In this document: positions 18,020-26,666 of the stretch, in pieces
Layout of the letters: each line of letters opens with the position of its first letter
Numbering within the stretch: position 1 is the stretch's first letter
From: Haloarcula limicola
Lineage (GTDB): Archaea; Halobacteriota; Halobacteria; Halobacteriales; Haloarculaceae
Direction: 5' to 3'
Assembly: GCF_010119205.1 (NCBI RefSeq)
Contig: NZ_WRXM01000002.1
Location: 22,982 to 54,981 of the forward strand
Length of the DNA: 32,000 bases
Notes under the pieces: model-generated
What the model was told of the DNA's origin: nothing
The model's database searches: none
The model's input: only the letters and a program-made list of their open reading frames with translations
Program-made: the position numbers and the translations under genes

Positions 18020-18610
18020 GTGATGGAGAATAATCCTTCTCTGGGACCAGGACTCCAGCCCGAGACCCATGTGAGCGAGGAATACCGCGCTCTAGAGGAC
18101 GCTATCAATGCCTACTTTGAGGCGACGGACCTCCCGGATCAAGATGACCTCTACCGGGTGCTAGGCGACATCCTTGCCCCGGAGCTCCGGGAACGGTTTA
18201 AGACTGCCTATGATCTTGAACGACCTGCTGATACTCCCTGCATTCGGCGCCTGATTACAGGAGAAGAGGAGTGTACTTGTTCGGAAACTCGTTCGTGGGT
18301 GGACCAGGAACTAGAGCAGATTGGTGAACGCGGCGAGCCCCCACACGCCCCACCTCACGCCGATCACCCGACGCTCTGGCTTGACTCGAAGGGAACTGCC
18401 GCGGTCTACTCTATGCACGTCTACTCAGGCAACGTCGCTCCGTACTATCCCTCGAAAACTGCTGACTCAGCAGGCAATCCCCGGAATGGCTGGTTCGATA
18501 TGACTGACTGGGCGAGTCACTGGGGCCTCGACATCAGATTTTCCCCAATCTCGTGGTTCAATCCGTTTACCACGGTACAGGTGTTGTTATTCCCGCCTGG
18601 ACGCTACTGA
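18020..18610 (+). CDS. Hypothetical protein
   Basis: 196-aa acidic ORF, 16 nt after the queD stop, same strand. Confidence 0.65.
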   Translation: MMENNPSLGPGLQPETHVSEEYRALEDAINAYFEATDLPDQDDLYRVLGDILAPELRERFKTAYDLERPADTPCIRRLITGEEECTCSETRSWVDQELEQIGERGEPPHAPPHADHPTLWLDSKGTAAVYSMHVYSGNVAPYYPSKTADSAGNPRNGWFDMTDWASHWGLDIRFSPISWFNPFTTVQVLLFPPGRY

Positions 18611-18700
18611 GTTTCTTCGGCCCCTGAACACAAACACCCTCTTCGAGGCCATCAAATGTGGTCCCTCTGAATACTACTATTTGCCACAATTCTGAACACA

Positions 18701-19477
18701 CTATCCCATATTTCGATAGTGACCTGCTGCTCTGGCCACCTCGGCATAGGAAGCCTGACCCATCCCAAAAAACGGCGTATGGATAAGGTGGACTGAGTCG
18801 TCATCAACTGTGAGTTTGTAGAGTTCGTAAGAGGTCGAGCGCTCGGTCGAGACCAGCGTCTCAACCTTCTCACTGGGATAATGGTTCAAAAGGACCTCTG
18901 GTGTCGGGTTGGTGTTCGTGTTCCCGTAGGAAACGATGCACCTTACACCGTTGCTCTCTTCGATAGCATCCGTCAGGAGATGTTCTCGTCCTGGAATCAC
19001 CTCTCTGTGGTATGCGGCCTCAGACTTCCAGATGTGGTCGTAGGGTTCAATCGTATCCAGGCTCTTCGGGAGTGGAAAGAACTCTCCGGTGAGGCTATCC
19101 CCGCCTCGCCGACCAAGCCGTTTGTTCTCAAATACGTATTCCTTAGCTCTTCTCCCGAGCGTCGCTGACGACTCCTCTAATAGTGATGGATCTTCTAGTG
19201 TCATCATGAACACCGCTTGGAATCTCCACGTTGACGGTCCAGAGAACTTCTCCAAGGCAAATCCATGCTTTTCCTCCCATACCTGTTTAAAGTCCTCTGT
19301 CAGTCCGAACTCCCGCCTTAACCTCAAGAAGTCCTCTACGTCGTCTACGTTGTTGAACCCCTCCCATCGATAGAGGCTTTCTTCGATTCCAATGAACCAA
19401 TACGGGCTGTCGAGACTACCATATCCGAGCCAGTTGTAGAGACAATCCCGAACTAAGGGTTCTGGGAGTTCAGACAT
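18701..19477 (-). CDS. Hypothetical protein with weak resemblance to uracil-DNA-glycosylase-fold proteins
   Basis: SPYWFIGIEES near the N-terminus and VHLIHTPFFGMGQ near the C-terminus. Start at 19477 (MSELPEP) supported by the ATGTCTGA overlap. Confidence 0.7.
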   Translation of the reverse strand: MSELPEPLVRDCLYNWLGYGSLDSPYWFIGIEESLYRWEGFNNVDDVEDFLRLRREFGLTEDFKQVWEEKHGFALEKFSGPSTWRFQAVFMMTLEDPSLLEESSATLGRRAKEYVFENKRLGRRGGDSLTGEFFPLPKSLDTIEPYDHIWKSEAAYHREVIPGREHLLTDAIEESNGVRCIVSYGNTNTNPTPEVLLNHYPSEKVETLVSTERSTSYELYKLTVDDDSVHLIHTPFFGMGQASYAEVARAAGHYRNMG

Positions 19478-20225
19478 GGGCATCTGGACAAACGTCGTTG
19501 TATTCGCACGCTCGGCACTTCGCCGCTTTCTCCGTTGGAATCGGCTCCCGCTCATTTCGCCAATATCCGAGAGCCCAGTTGAGGTCCTCCAGATACTCTA
19601 CCTTTGAGAACTCAGAAAGATGCAGGATGGCCGTCGGAGACTCAGTCAGTTCGTGGTCACCGGTCTCCCACCCCTCGTAACTTGCCATCACTAACTGCTG
19701 GAGTTCCTTTCCTGTCCCCGGTTCTAGTGATTGCTCGTGGCTAAGGACGGCAATCCTCAGATTGTCGGTGTGGAAGCCGAGACTGTCAAGAATGAAACCG
19801 TACAGCCATGCCTGGATTCGCTGGTTCTTGTAGAGGTAGTCAGGCCTCGACGTCGTCTTTCGTTCAAAGATAAGCTGCGGGCTCTGATTCTCAAAGAGAA
19901 CGGCGTCCGGAATACCACCGATGAGGAATTCCGCTGCCTCGCCAATGAAGGGACTCTCGACGATAACCTGGCGCTCACCTCTCTCTAAAGCCCGCCAAAA
20001 TTCCTCGTCAGAGACTTCTTCAGAGTCCTCGGCTGCTTTCTCGTGGGTTTCGCTCCCACGGGTCTTTGCAGGTGTTTCAATGTCCCCGTGCTCCCGAGTG
20101 AGCGCGACCTGCTTCTCGCAATAGAATTGCCCCGCAATTTTGCTCGGCGCCAGCGACGACTCCTCTGACTCAGATAGCTGCTTGACGAGCGAAGTATGCT
20201 TCTCTCGGACCCTCTCAATGCTCAT
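19470..20225 (-). CDS. Cas4/RecB-like PD-(D/E)XK nuclease with Fe-S cysteines
   Basis: SKIAGQFYCEKQVAL; GGIPDAV...LIFERKTTS; RIQAWLYGFIL; KAAKCRACEYNDVCPDAHV. Confidence 0.85.
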   Translation of the reverse strand: MSIERVREKHTSLVKQLSESEESSLAPSKIAGQFYCEKQVALTREHGDIETPAKTRGSETHEKAAEDSEEVSDEEFWRALERGERQVIVESPFIGEAAEFLIGGIPDAVLFENQSPQLIFERKTTSRPDYLYKNQRIQAWLYGFILDSLGFHTDNLRIAVLSHEQSLEPGTGKELQQLVMASYEGWETGDHELTESPTAILHLSEFSKVEYLEDLNWALGYWRNEREPIPTEKAAKCRACEYNDVCPDAHV

Positions 20226-20442
20226 GCTCTCAGTATACTCTTCAGCTGTTTAATATGTAGTGTCAGGTGACCACTTTTTAGATGCTCATCAAACTAATCT
20301 GATCGGCCCTATTGAAGCCCTCACCCACAGAAGCGAATCGAGACGAGAATGTCTAAAAATGGGAGCAGTGTCGTATACCCCTGCACCATAGTTCTCTGCC
20401 CCGTCCCCATGTTTAAGGTCGGACTCTGAGTACCACGTGTTA

Positions 20443-20652
20443 ATGACCGACACAATACCTGTGTTGTGCCGGGAGTGCGAAGAACCATGGAAAACGGTGG
20501 AAATGGAACCTCATGAATACGATGAAGACCGACTTGATGACGAAGGGAACATTACGATCGGGTATTGCAGCGACTGCATGGCTGTTCTAGCCGGTAGTCC
20601 CGTCCGCCAGTTAGAGCTCGCGGTGGAAGCGGAACAAAGCGACGAGCACTGA
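20443..20652 (+). CDS. Small zinc-finger-like protein
   Basis: CREC...CSDC four-cysteine motif; MTDTIPVLCRECEEPW start. Confidence 0.6.
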   Translation: MTDTIPVLCRECEEPWKTVEMEPHEYDEDRLDDEGNITIGYCSDCMAVLAGSPVRQLELAVEAEQSDEH

Positions 20653-20828
20653 TGTCTGCTGTTGGTAAGAGACAGGTCTCCCTTCTGCTGCTGTCGGTGG
20701 CAATGGTAGTCGTCGGGGTGCTAGGACTGATCAACGCCATTGCTCCGACACAGATCCTAGCCGGTCTTCTGCTCGTCACCGCACTCTTTCTCGCAGCCAG
20801 TCTGGGCCGTCGGTCGGTCAATCAATAA
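20652..20828 (+). CDS. 58-aa membrane protein, translationally coupled
   Basis: Manual translation MSAVGKRQVSLLLLSVAMVVVVGVLGLINAIAPTQILAGLLLVTALFLAASLGRRSVNQ gives two hydrophobic helices. TGATG overlap with the preceding gene; below the ORF-track cutoff. Confidence 0.6.
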   Translation: MSAVGKRQVSLLLLSVAMVVVGVLGLINAIAPTQILAGLLLVTALFLAASLGRRSVNQ

Positions 20829-21081
20829 TAGTAGACTCGACCCTGCGGAGCGTCAGAACGTCGGGTGGGACAAAAGCGACCGGTGGGGAGTTCTCATACT
20901 GCATGTTAATCTCGTTATTTGTCCAGGTCAAGAACTGTCACCAGATATAAATTTTGGCTTAGTCAGTCGAATTCGACCGTCTCAGAAGATCACCACCTAG
21001 CTCGCTGCATGTTTGTACACAAATACGAAACTATAGAAATAAGTAATAACCTGAACAACAACACGTTGGAAACTATAACCG

Positions 21082-21483
21082 GTGACCACGTTCAACTTCA
21101 ACCCAGGCTCTGACATCCACGTTGATACGGCCAGTGACAATGTCACCATCCGCTTCGGTACCGACATGTTCGGAATCAACCCGACTACAAGCGGGTTCTC
21201 AGTCACAAATGACTGGAACAGCCGTCACTTTACCCTCGCATTCGACGAAAAATCTATCCTCTACCACGTTACACGCGAAGATGACGATGACCGAACTAGT
21301 GGGAAGAAAGCCCTTCCACCTGAAGAATTCATAGCTGAAATCTATGGGTACATTCGATCCATTGCAACACCTGTACCAAAAGACCATCTGAACTTCGAGA
21401 TCGTCGGGCGAGCAGATATGACTGAAATGGAGAACTACCTAAAAGACAAAAACGTGGCCCGTGAGACTAATGTTGGTCTGTAA
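21082..21483 (+). CDS. Hypothetical protein
   Basis: 133-aa acidic ORF; upstream AT-rich agatataaattt element near 20943. Confidence 0.6.
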   Translation: MTTFNFNPGSDIHVDTASDNVTIRFGTDMFGINPTTSGFSVTNDWNSRHFTLAFDEKSILYHVTREDDDDRTSGKKALPPEEFIAEIYGYIRSIATPVPKDHLNFEIVGRADMTEMENYLKDKNVARETNVGL

Positions 21484-21774
21484 GTGGACGAGGAAGAACG
21501 GGCAGGCCTTGTAGGTGAACTAAATGAGAACCCAGCAGGCCTCGGGAAGGTCTATCAGAGGGTTCTCGATGCAGTACCATTTGATGAAGCGGCAGACCCT
21601 GAGGGTGGAGAGAATATCTTCTTTTATCCGACCGCAAATGCAATTATTATGCTGTTCATCTTCCCCGATGAGTATATTGGAGTCACCACCGCTAGTGAAG
21701 TAGTCACATTTATCGAACACGCCGGAGGTTCACAGATCATGGATCACATTATCCGTTCGATGAGTGGCGAATAA
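21484..21774 (+). CDS. Hypothetical protein
   Basis: 96-aa acidic ORF with GTG start directly abutting the preceding TAA. Confidence 0.6.
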   Translation: MDEEERAGLVGELNENPAGLGKVYQRVLDAVPFDEAADPEGGENIFFYPTANAIIMLFIFPDEYIGVTTASEVVTFIEHAGGSQIMDHIIRSMSGE

Positions 21775-21983
21775 GCCTCTATTCTCGGTAGAAGTGACAC
21801 TCAAAGACGTTTCTTCGCTCCTGTGACTACTATCACCCCTGTTTGAGTGGTGCAAATCGGGTTCTGTAACGGGTTTTCCTCCTTATGCGACACCACGCTC
21901 AGAACTCAAACGTGCAGTCGGACCGCACGAACCGATCGTTCTTCGCATCCTGAATCCCCTGCCAGAGATCTGTTTCTCCCCAG

Positions 21984-22127
21984 TTAATCATCGTCATCGT
22001 TCTCGCCGGGGTGCGGGCCGAGGGAGCCGTTGGCTTCCAGGGTGACTTGCGACCACTTTTTGTTTGTTTCCGCAGCATCGTCTGCATGCGCGCGATACGC
22101 CTGTGCGATTTCCTCGGGGTCAGTCAT
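21984..22127 (-). CDS. 47-aa acidic small protein
   Basis: MTDPEEIAQAYRAHADDAAETNKKWSQVTLEANGSLGPHPGENDDDD; ATGACTGA overlap with the upstream small ORF. Confidence 0.5.
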   Translation of the reverse strand: MTDPEEIAQAYRAHADDAAETNKKWSQVTLEANGSLGPHPGENDDDD

Positions 22128-22233
22128 TGGTATCTAGGTCGGTGTACTGCTCGGCGGCGGAATCCTCTGCTATCGCGGCCCATTGTTTGACATCAAATTC
22201 ACCATCATACTCCGGACCAGTATCGTCACTCAT
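22120..22233 (-). CDS. 37-aa acidic small protein
   Basis: MSDDTGPEYDGEFDVKQWAAIAEDSAAEQYTDLDTND; overlapping start/stop at both ends. Confidence 0.5.
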   Translation of the reverse strand: MSDDTGPEYDGEFDVKQWAAIAEDSAAEQYTDLDTND

Positions 22234-22348
22234 CCTCTTCCTTGCGCGGTTCCCGATCCGGTGGTAATTCCGCGTTCTCCAATGCATCTTCCTTCTCCTT
22301 CTTTGACCAGCCGCCGTAGCGCTCAGTCGAGACCCCGAAGTAAGCCAT
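22226..22348 (-). CDS. 40-aa small charged protein
   Basis: MAYFGVSTERYGGWSKKEKEDALENAELPPDREPRKEEDE; ATGAGTGA overlap with the next ORF. Confidence 0.5.
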   Translation of the reverse strand: MAYFGVSTERYGGWSKKEKEDALENAELPPDREPRKEEDE

Positions 22349-22414
22349 TAGCGGCTAGTACGGAGCTCTAAGGTAAAGAAACAGGGGGAAGTGCCGAATC
22401 AGAATCCTAGCCGG

Positions 22415-22657
22415 TCACTCCTCTAACTCTTCATCAATACCACCATCATAGTTGATATCTGAATGCGCCTCCATCAGTTCCGCCCACTCATCACGGGTAA
22501 TACTGTTACTAACATCCTCCTCCGGAATGATTAGTAACTGATCGGCGCGGATACCCTCCCGGTGATCTATACGCAGCCAGTCGGGGTCGCTTTCCTCAAT
22601 TTCGTCAGTATCAGCGAACACTTCGGTGTGGTTCGATTTTATTGCTACTACGAGCAC
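22415..22657 (-). CDS. Hypothetical acidic protein
   Basis: 80-aa ORF with haloarchaeal acidic composition, same direction as the small-ORF chain. Confidence 0.55.
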   Translation of the reverse strand: MLVVAIKSNHTEVFADTDEIEESDPDWLRIDHREGIRADQLLIIPEEDVSNSITRDEWAELMEAHSDINYDGGIDEELEE

Positions 22658-22730
22658 GATAACTCCGTCTCAGGGCTATTATACGAGTATTTCTCTATTT
22701 TATGGATTAGTATTATAGCATATTTTCACA

Positions 22731-22813
22731 GCACAAGCACCTCGCACATGCACATGTGCTCGGCACACAACACAATCACACCGCACATCTGCACGGCACA
22801 CTCTATCGGCACA
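22731..22813. repeat. Cluster of GCACA motifs next to an AT-rich tract
   Basis: GCACA at 22731, 22744, 22750, 22763, 22783, 22796 and 22809; perfect palindrome GCACATGTGC at 22750-22759. Confidence 0.6.
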
Positions 22814-22864
22814 TCCACTCCCGACTCCGGCACCTAACCCCCGCCAACGCCTTACATCGACACA

Positions 22865-22975
22865 ATGACCAGCAACGACACCACCTATACCGTAACCATC
22901 TACACCGGCCCAAAATGGATCGCCGACGCCAAGGTAAAAATTGGAGAATGGATCGAGGAACGACGAAAACAATAG
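22865..22975 (+). CDS. 36-aa small protein
   Basis: MTSNDTTYTVTIYTGPKWIADAKVKIGEWIEERRKQ; flanked by GCACA-rich stretches. Confidence 0.35.
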   Translation: MTSNDTTYTVTIYTGPKWIADAKVKIGEWIEERRKQ

Positions 22976-23137
22976 GTAGAGCCGGCTAGACCTGGTTCTC
23001 TCAACACGAAACCCGGGGGTTCGGCTTGAGGTGAGCCAATCTAAATCGATGTACTACCGACAGCACATGTACATTACACACTCACACGGCACATGCGCTC
23101 AGCACAAACATAGAACACATCTCACCTCGGATGTGGA

Positions 23138-23401
23138 TCAGAGGTAATTGGTCAGTGACTGGCGCTCGCCGTCAGGAGCTTCAATATCTACACTGTCCTC
23201 GTCTCGGTGAAACTGGTACCCTCGTTTTCGAAGCATCAACGTCACCATAGCCTCCGTACTGAGAGACTCCATATCTTCGATATCACCGCGCTTATAGGAT
23301 GCTGCAAGCCGCAACAATTGCTCGTCACTAGCATCATTGAGTGTCTCGTGGTCGAGCTCAGCCAATCTTAACAGATCGTTTGCTGGGTCGGTATCATCCA
23401 T
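23138..23401 (-). CDS. Hypothetical acidic protein
   Basis: Probable start MDDTDPANDLLRLAELDHETL inside ORF 23138..23479. Confidence 0.6.
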   Translation of the reverse strand: MDDTDPANDLLRLAELDHETLNDASDEQLLRLAASYKRGDIEDMESLSTEAMVTLMLRKRGYQFHRDEDSVDIEAPDGERQSLTNYL

Positions 23402-23504
23402 CGTGGGTGTGATTATTATTAGAAGTATCCAAAAGCTTGCTGATTGGTCATATCTCCTACTACAAAGAGGAGATCGCAATCTTTCAATATAGCAATTTCA
23501 AGTG

Positions 23505-24701
23505 TCAGGGCCGGTACTTCTTTTCTGCTTCTTTTATGTCCTCCTTCCTGAAGCGCAAGTATTCGCGGGTCTGAGTGATATCCGAATGTCCTAATAAATC
23601 CGACAAGAAAACAATCGGCATACCATTCCGAACGCGATGCACAGCAAACGAGTGCCGGAACGCATGCGCAGTGACGGTATTGCGTGTCGTACCCGCTGCA
23701 TTCGGCCCCTTATCCACTTTCGCTTGGATACCCGCTTCCTCAGCGTAGTCATGAATAATCTCTGTCGGGCGATTCGGATGCAGATCTTCGCTTGATTCAC
23801 CAAGAATCAAATAGTCGGACTCATTCGCACGCAAATACCCATTCCTCGTGCCTCCTTCCAACCACTTCTTCAGCGTTCGCTCCACCGACGGTGGATAGTA
23901 CACCATTCGATCTTCGTAACCATCCTGCTTGGCCGTCTCAATCTTAATCGACCGATCCTTCCCACCCCCGCCGTTGTCGTCATCCCCATTAAAGTCGGTA
24001 ATATCACTCACTCGAATGTTCACCAGCTCTTGTGCCCTAACACCGCAATTCCACAAGATTTGAACGATGAGCAAATCACGAGTATCATCGATCACATCCA
24101 GCAATTTCTCGTAATCCTCGATCTCAATATACCGAATCTCCTTGTACGTTTCCGATCGCGATACCCCCATATCGAATTCATCCCGCTGCACCGGATTCTC
24201 GTCAACAACACCCTTCTTCACCAGATATCCAAACAACGCAGAGAGATCATACACTCGGTTCTGGACCGACCCCTCTGAATACCCATGCAGTAGTTGATGA
24301 TCGACAAAATCCTCAACTGCAATCATCGTCGGTTCGAGAAAGTCTACGTTCTGCACGAGACTGTACACCATGTAGTGTCGATACGCGCTTTGCCGGTTCT
24401 GGAGTGTCTGCTTCGAGAAGTGCGCCTTCACCCGTAAGTCGAGATAGTTCTGCACCGGATCGGGGAAATCGAAATCAACCTCATTGAACTCTTCCCGCTC
24501 TTCCTTAGTCGGATTAGTAGATTCGAACCGTTCAAGTCGCTGCTCTAAGTGATTCCGGATGGGTGTCGGGAGCGTGATGTACTCCTTGAGCTCGTCCAGA
24601 TCTCGTACTCGTTTCGCGCGAGCACCGAGTATGGTGTACGGGCCGCGAGGATCGTCGTCTGAGACGGGAGGTTCGTCCGGTTTTTTAGCGGTCTTAGGCA
24701 C
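23505..24701 (-). CDS. Tyrosine recombinase/integrase (XerC/D-like)
   Basis: VQILWNCGVRAQELVNIRVSDI; HAFRHSFAVHRVRNGMPIVFLSDLLGHSDITQTREYLRF. GTG start at 24701 overlaps the upstream stop (GTGCCTAA). Confidence 0.92.
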   Translation of the reverse strand: MPKTAKKPDEPPVSDDDPRGPYTILGARAKRVRDLDELKEYITLPTPIRNHLEQRLERFESTNPTKEEREEFNEVDFDFPDPVQNYLDLRVKAHFSKQTLQNRQSAYRHYMVYSLVQNVDFLEPTMIAVEDFVDHQLLHGYSEGSVQNRVYDLSALFGYLVKKGVVDENPVQRDEFDMGVSRSETYKEIRYIEIEDYEKLLDVIDDTRDLLIVQILWNCGVRAQELVNIRVSDITDFNGDDDNGGGGKDRSIKIETAKQDGYEDRMVYYPPSVERTLKKWLEGGTRNGYLRANESDYLILGESSEDLHPNRPTEIIHDYAEEAGIQAKVDKGPNAAGTTRNTVTAHAFRHSFAVHRVRNGMPIVFLSDLLGHSDITQTREYLRFRKEDIKEAEKKYRP

Positions 24702-25071
24702 TGTCCTCACCCGATGAATCGTTGGATCGGTCGAACTTCTCCAACTCACCCTCGATCAGTTCACGGTGGAACCCGACTACCTCGTCAACGGTCTCCTCGT
24801 CGAGCTGCTGGTTTTCCAGCGTGTCGAGCGCTTCGTTCGCCATCGCCATCTTCGCTTGTAGACTACTGAATTCGTCGAGAATGTCGTAGAGCATACTCTC
24901 GACCTCGTCCGGAACACCACTTTGTCCTTTGTCGCGTGATATTTGCTCGGAAACAGACTTCCGCACGAGATCTGAGACGTTCTTGTATTTACGCCCCGCT
25001 TCCTCATGTTCGATGAAGTTCTCCCAGTCGGTTTTTTGCCCGTCGTCAACGTGGATATGCATACGAGCCAT
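24694..25071 (-). CDS. Small protein co-translated with the integrase, possible DNA-binding or recombination accessory factor
   Basis: MARMHIHVDDGQKTDWENFIEHEEAGRKYKNVSDLVRKSVSEQI..., C-terminal part of ORF 24694..25458; 8-nt overlap with the integrase. Confidence 0.65.
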   Translation of the reverse strand: MARMHIHVDDGQKTDWENFIEHEEAGRKYKNVSDLVRKSVSEQISRDKGQSGVPDEVESMLYDILDEFSSLQAKMAMANEALDTLENQQLDEETVDEVVGFHRELIEGELEKFDRSNDSSGEDSA

Positions 25072-25128
25072 GCAACGGAAATACCGTGAAGCCGTAATCA
25101 ATCTTGTGTATAGGGGGCACACGATCTG

Positions 25129-26643
25129 ATGGACTGGACGGAGAAGTACCGCCCGAGTACGCTCTCGGAGGTACGGGGAAACAACAAGGCCCGCGACGCC
25201 CTGAAGGAGTGGGCCGACACCTGGGAGAGCCACCGCGAGGCGATCATCCTCCACGGGACGCCCGGGGTGGGCAAGACCTCCGCCGCGCACGCGCTGGCGA
25301 ACGACATGGGCTGGCCGACCATCGAACTCAACGCCAGCGACTCCCGGACGAAGGACGTCATCGACCGGGTGGCCGGCGAAGCCGCCAAGTCCGGCACGCT
25401 GACCGCCGGGGGGCAGGGGCGTCGCCTCGTCATCATGGACGAAGCGGACAACATCCACGGTAACGCCGACCGCGGGGGCGCACGCGCCGTCTCCTCGCTC
25501 GTGAAGGAGGCCGGCCAGCCGATGATCCTCATCGCCAACGAGTTCTACGAGATGTCGAACTCGCTTCGCAACAACTGTCAGGACGTCGAGTTCTCGGCGG
25601 TGCAGAAGCGCTCGATCGTCCCCGTCCTGCGAGACATCTGTCGGAAAGAGGGCGTCGAGTATACCGACGCCGTTATCGAGGACATCGCCGAGCAGAACAG
25701 CGGCGACCTGCGGGGAGCCATCAAGGACCTGCAGGCCACCGCCGAGGGCCGCGACCGTATCGAGGCCGACGACTACGTCTCCGGCGAGCGTGACACCTCG
25801 GAGGGCATCTTCGAGTACCTCGACGTCGTGCTCAAGGAAGGCTCAGCCGAGGAGGCGCTGAAGGCCAGTTACGACGTCGACGAGACGCCGGACGACCTCA
25901 TCAACTGGATCGAGGACAACATGCCCAAGGACTACGAGGGCGCGGAACTCGCGCGGGCTTACGGCTTCCTCTCGAACGCCGATAAGTGGCTGGGCCGCGT
26001 ACGGGCGACGCAGAACTACTCGTTCTGGCGGTACGCCGGGGACAACATGACCGCCGGCGTCGCCGCCGCCCGTGACGGCAAGAAGGGCGGCTGGACCCGC
26101 TACGGGCCGCCGAGCTACTGGTCGAAACTCGGCCGCTCGAAGGGGGCGCGCAAGACGCGGGACCACATCGCCCAGCAGATCGCCGTCATCGACGGCGTCT
26201 CCATGCGGACCGCTCGTCGGGAGATCATGCCGTTCCTCGCGACGATGACCCACCACTGCACGAACCGCGACCTGACGGTGGCGATGGCCGCCACCTACGA
26301 GCTGGAGGCCGAGCACGTCTCCTTCGTCACCGGGTCGGGCGAGGACACGAACAAGGTCCAGTCCATCGTCGAGGACGCCGAACGCCGCCGCGAGGAGGCC
26401 GCCGTGGAACACTCCGGCGGCGCGTTCGAGGGGGCGACCGTGGACGGCGGCGCAGACGTCGGCGGCGATGGCAGCGAGACGACCGACACCGCCGACGAGA
26501 GTGGATCGGAGGGGGGCGACGGGCAGTCGACGCTCGGCGACGAGACGACGGCAGCCGACGCGACGGCGGACGCGGTGGAGTCGTCCGACGGCGAGGCGGC
26601 CGAGGACGACGACCAGCAGTCCGGCCTCTCCGATTTCATGTAG
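25129..26643 (+). CDS. rfcL: Replication factor C large subunit
   Basis: MDWTEKYRPSTLSEVRGNNKARDAL; GTPGVGKTS; VIMDEADNI; full-length with acidic C-terminal tail. Confidence 0.95.
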   Translation: MDWTEKYRPSTLSEVRGNNKARDALKEWADTWESHREAIILHGTPGVGKTSAAHALANDMGWPTIELNASDSRTKDVIDRVAGEAAKSGTLTAGGQGRRLVIMDEADNIHGNADRGGARAVSSLVKEAGQPMILIANEFYEMSNSLRNNCQDVEFSAVQKRSIVPVLRDICRKEGVEYTDAVIEDIAEQNSGDLRGAIKDLQATAEGRDRIEADDYVSGERDTSEGIFEYLDVVLKEGSAEEALKASYDVDETPDDLINWIEDNMPKDYEGAELARAYGFLSNADKWLGRVRATQNYSFWRYAGDNMTAGVAAARDGKKGGWTRYGPPSYWSKLGRSKGARKTRDHIAQQIAVIDGVSMRTARREIMPFLATMTHHCTNRDLTVAMAATYELEAEHVSFVTGSGEDTNKVQSIVEDAERRREEAAVEHSGGAFEGATVDGGADVGGDGSETTDTADESGSEGGDGQSTLGDETTAADATADAVESSDGEAAEDDDQQSGLSDFM

Positions 26644-26666
26644 GCCGGACGAGTCGAGCGCGCTCT

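Noticed and set aside
22700-22972. 90-aa minus ORF over the GCACA region
   Set aside because: Cys/Val/Gly-rich translation created by the repeats, not haloarchaeal-like.
22731-23107. GCACA repeats as a possible CRISPR array
   Set aside because: Repeats are 5-10 nt with irregular spacing and no 28-37 nt repeat/spacer architecture. The Cas4-like gene has no cas1 or cas2 nearby.
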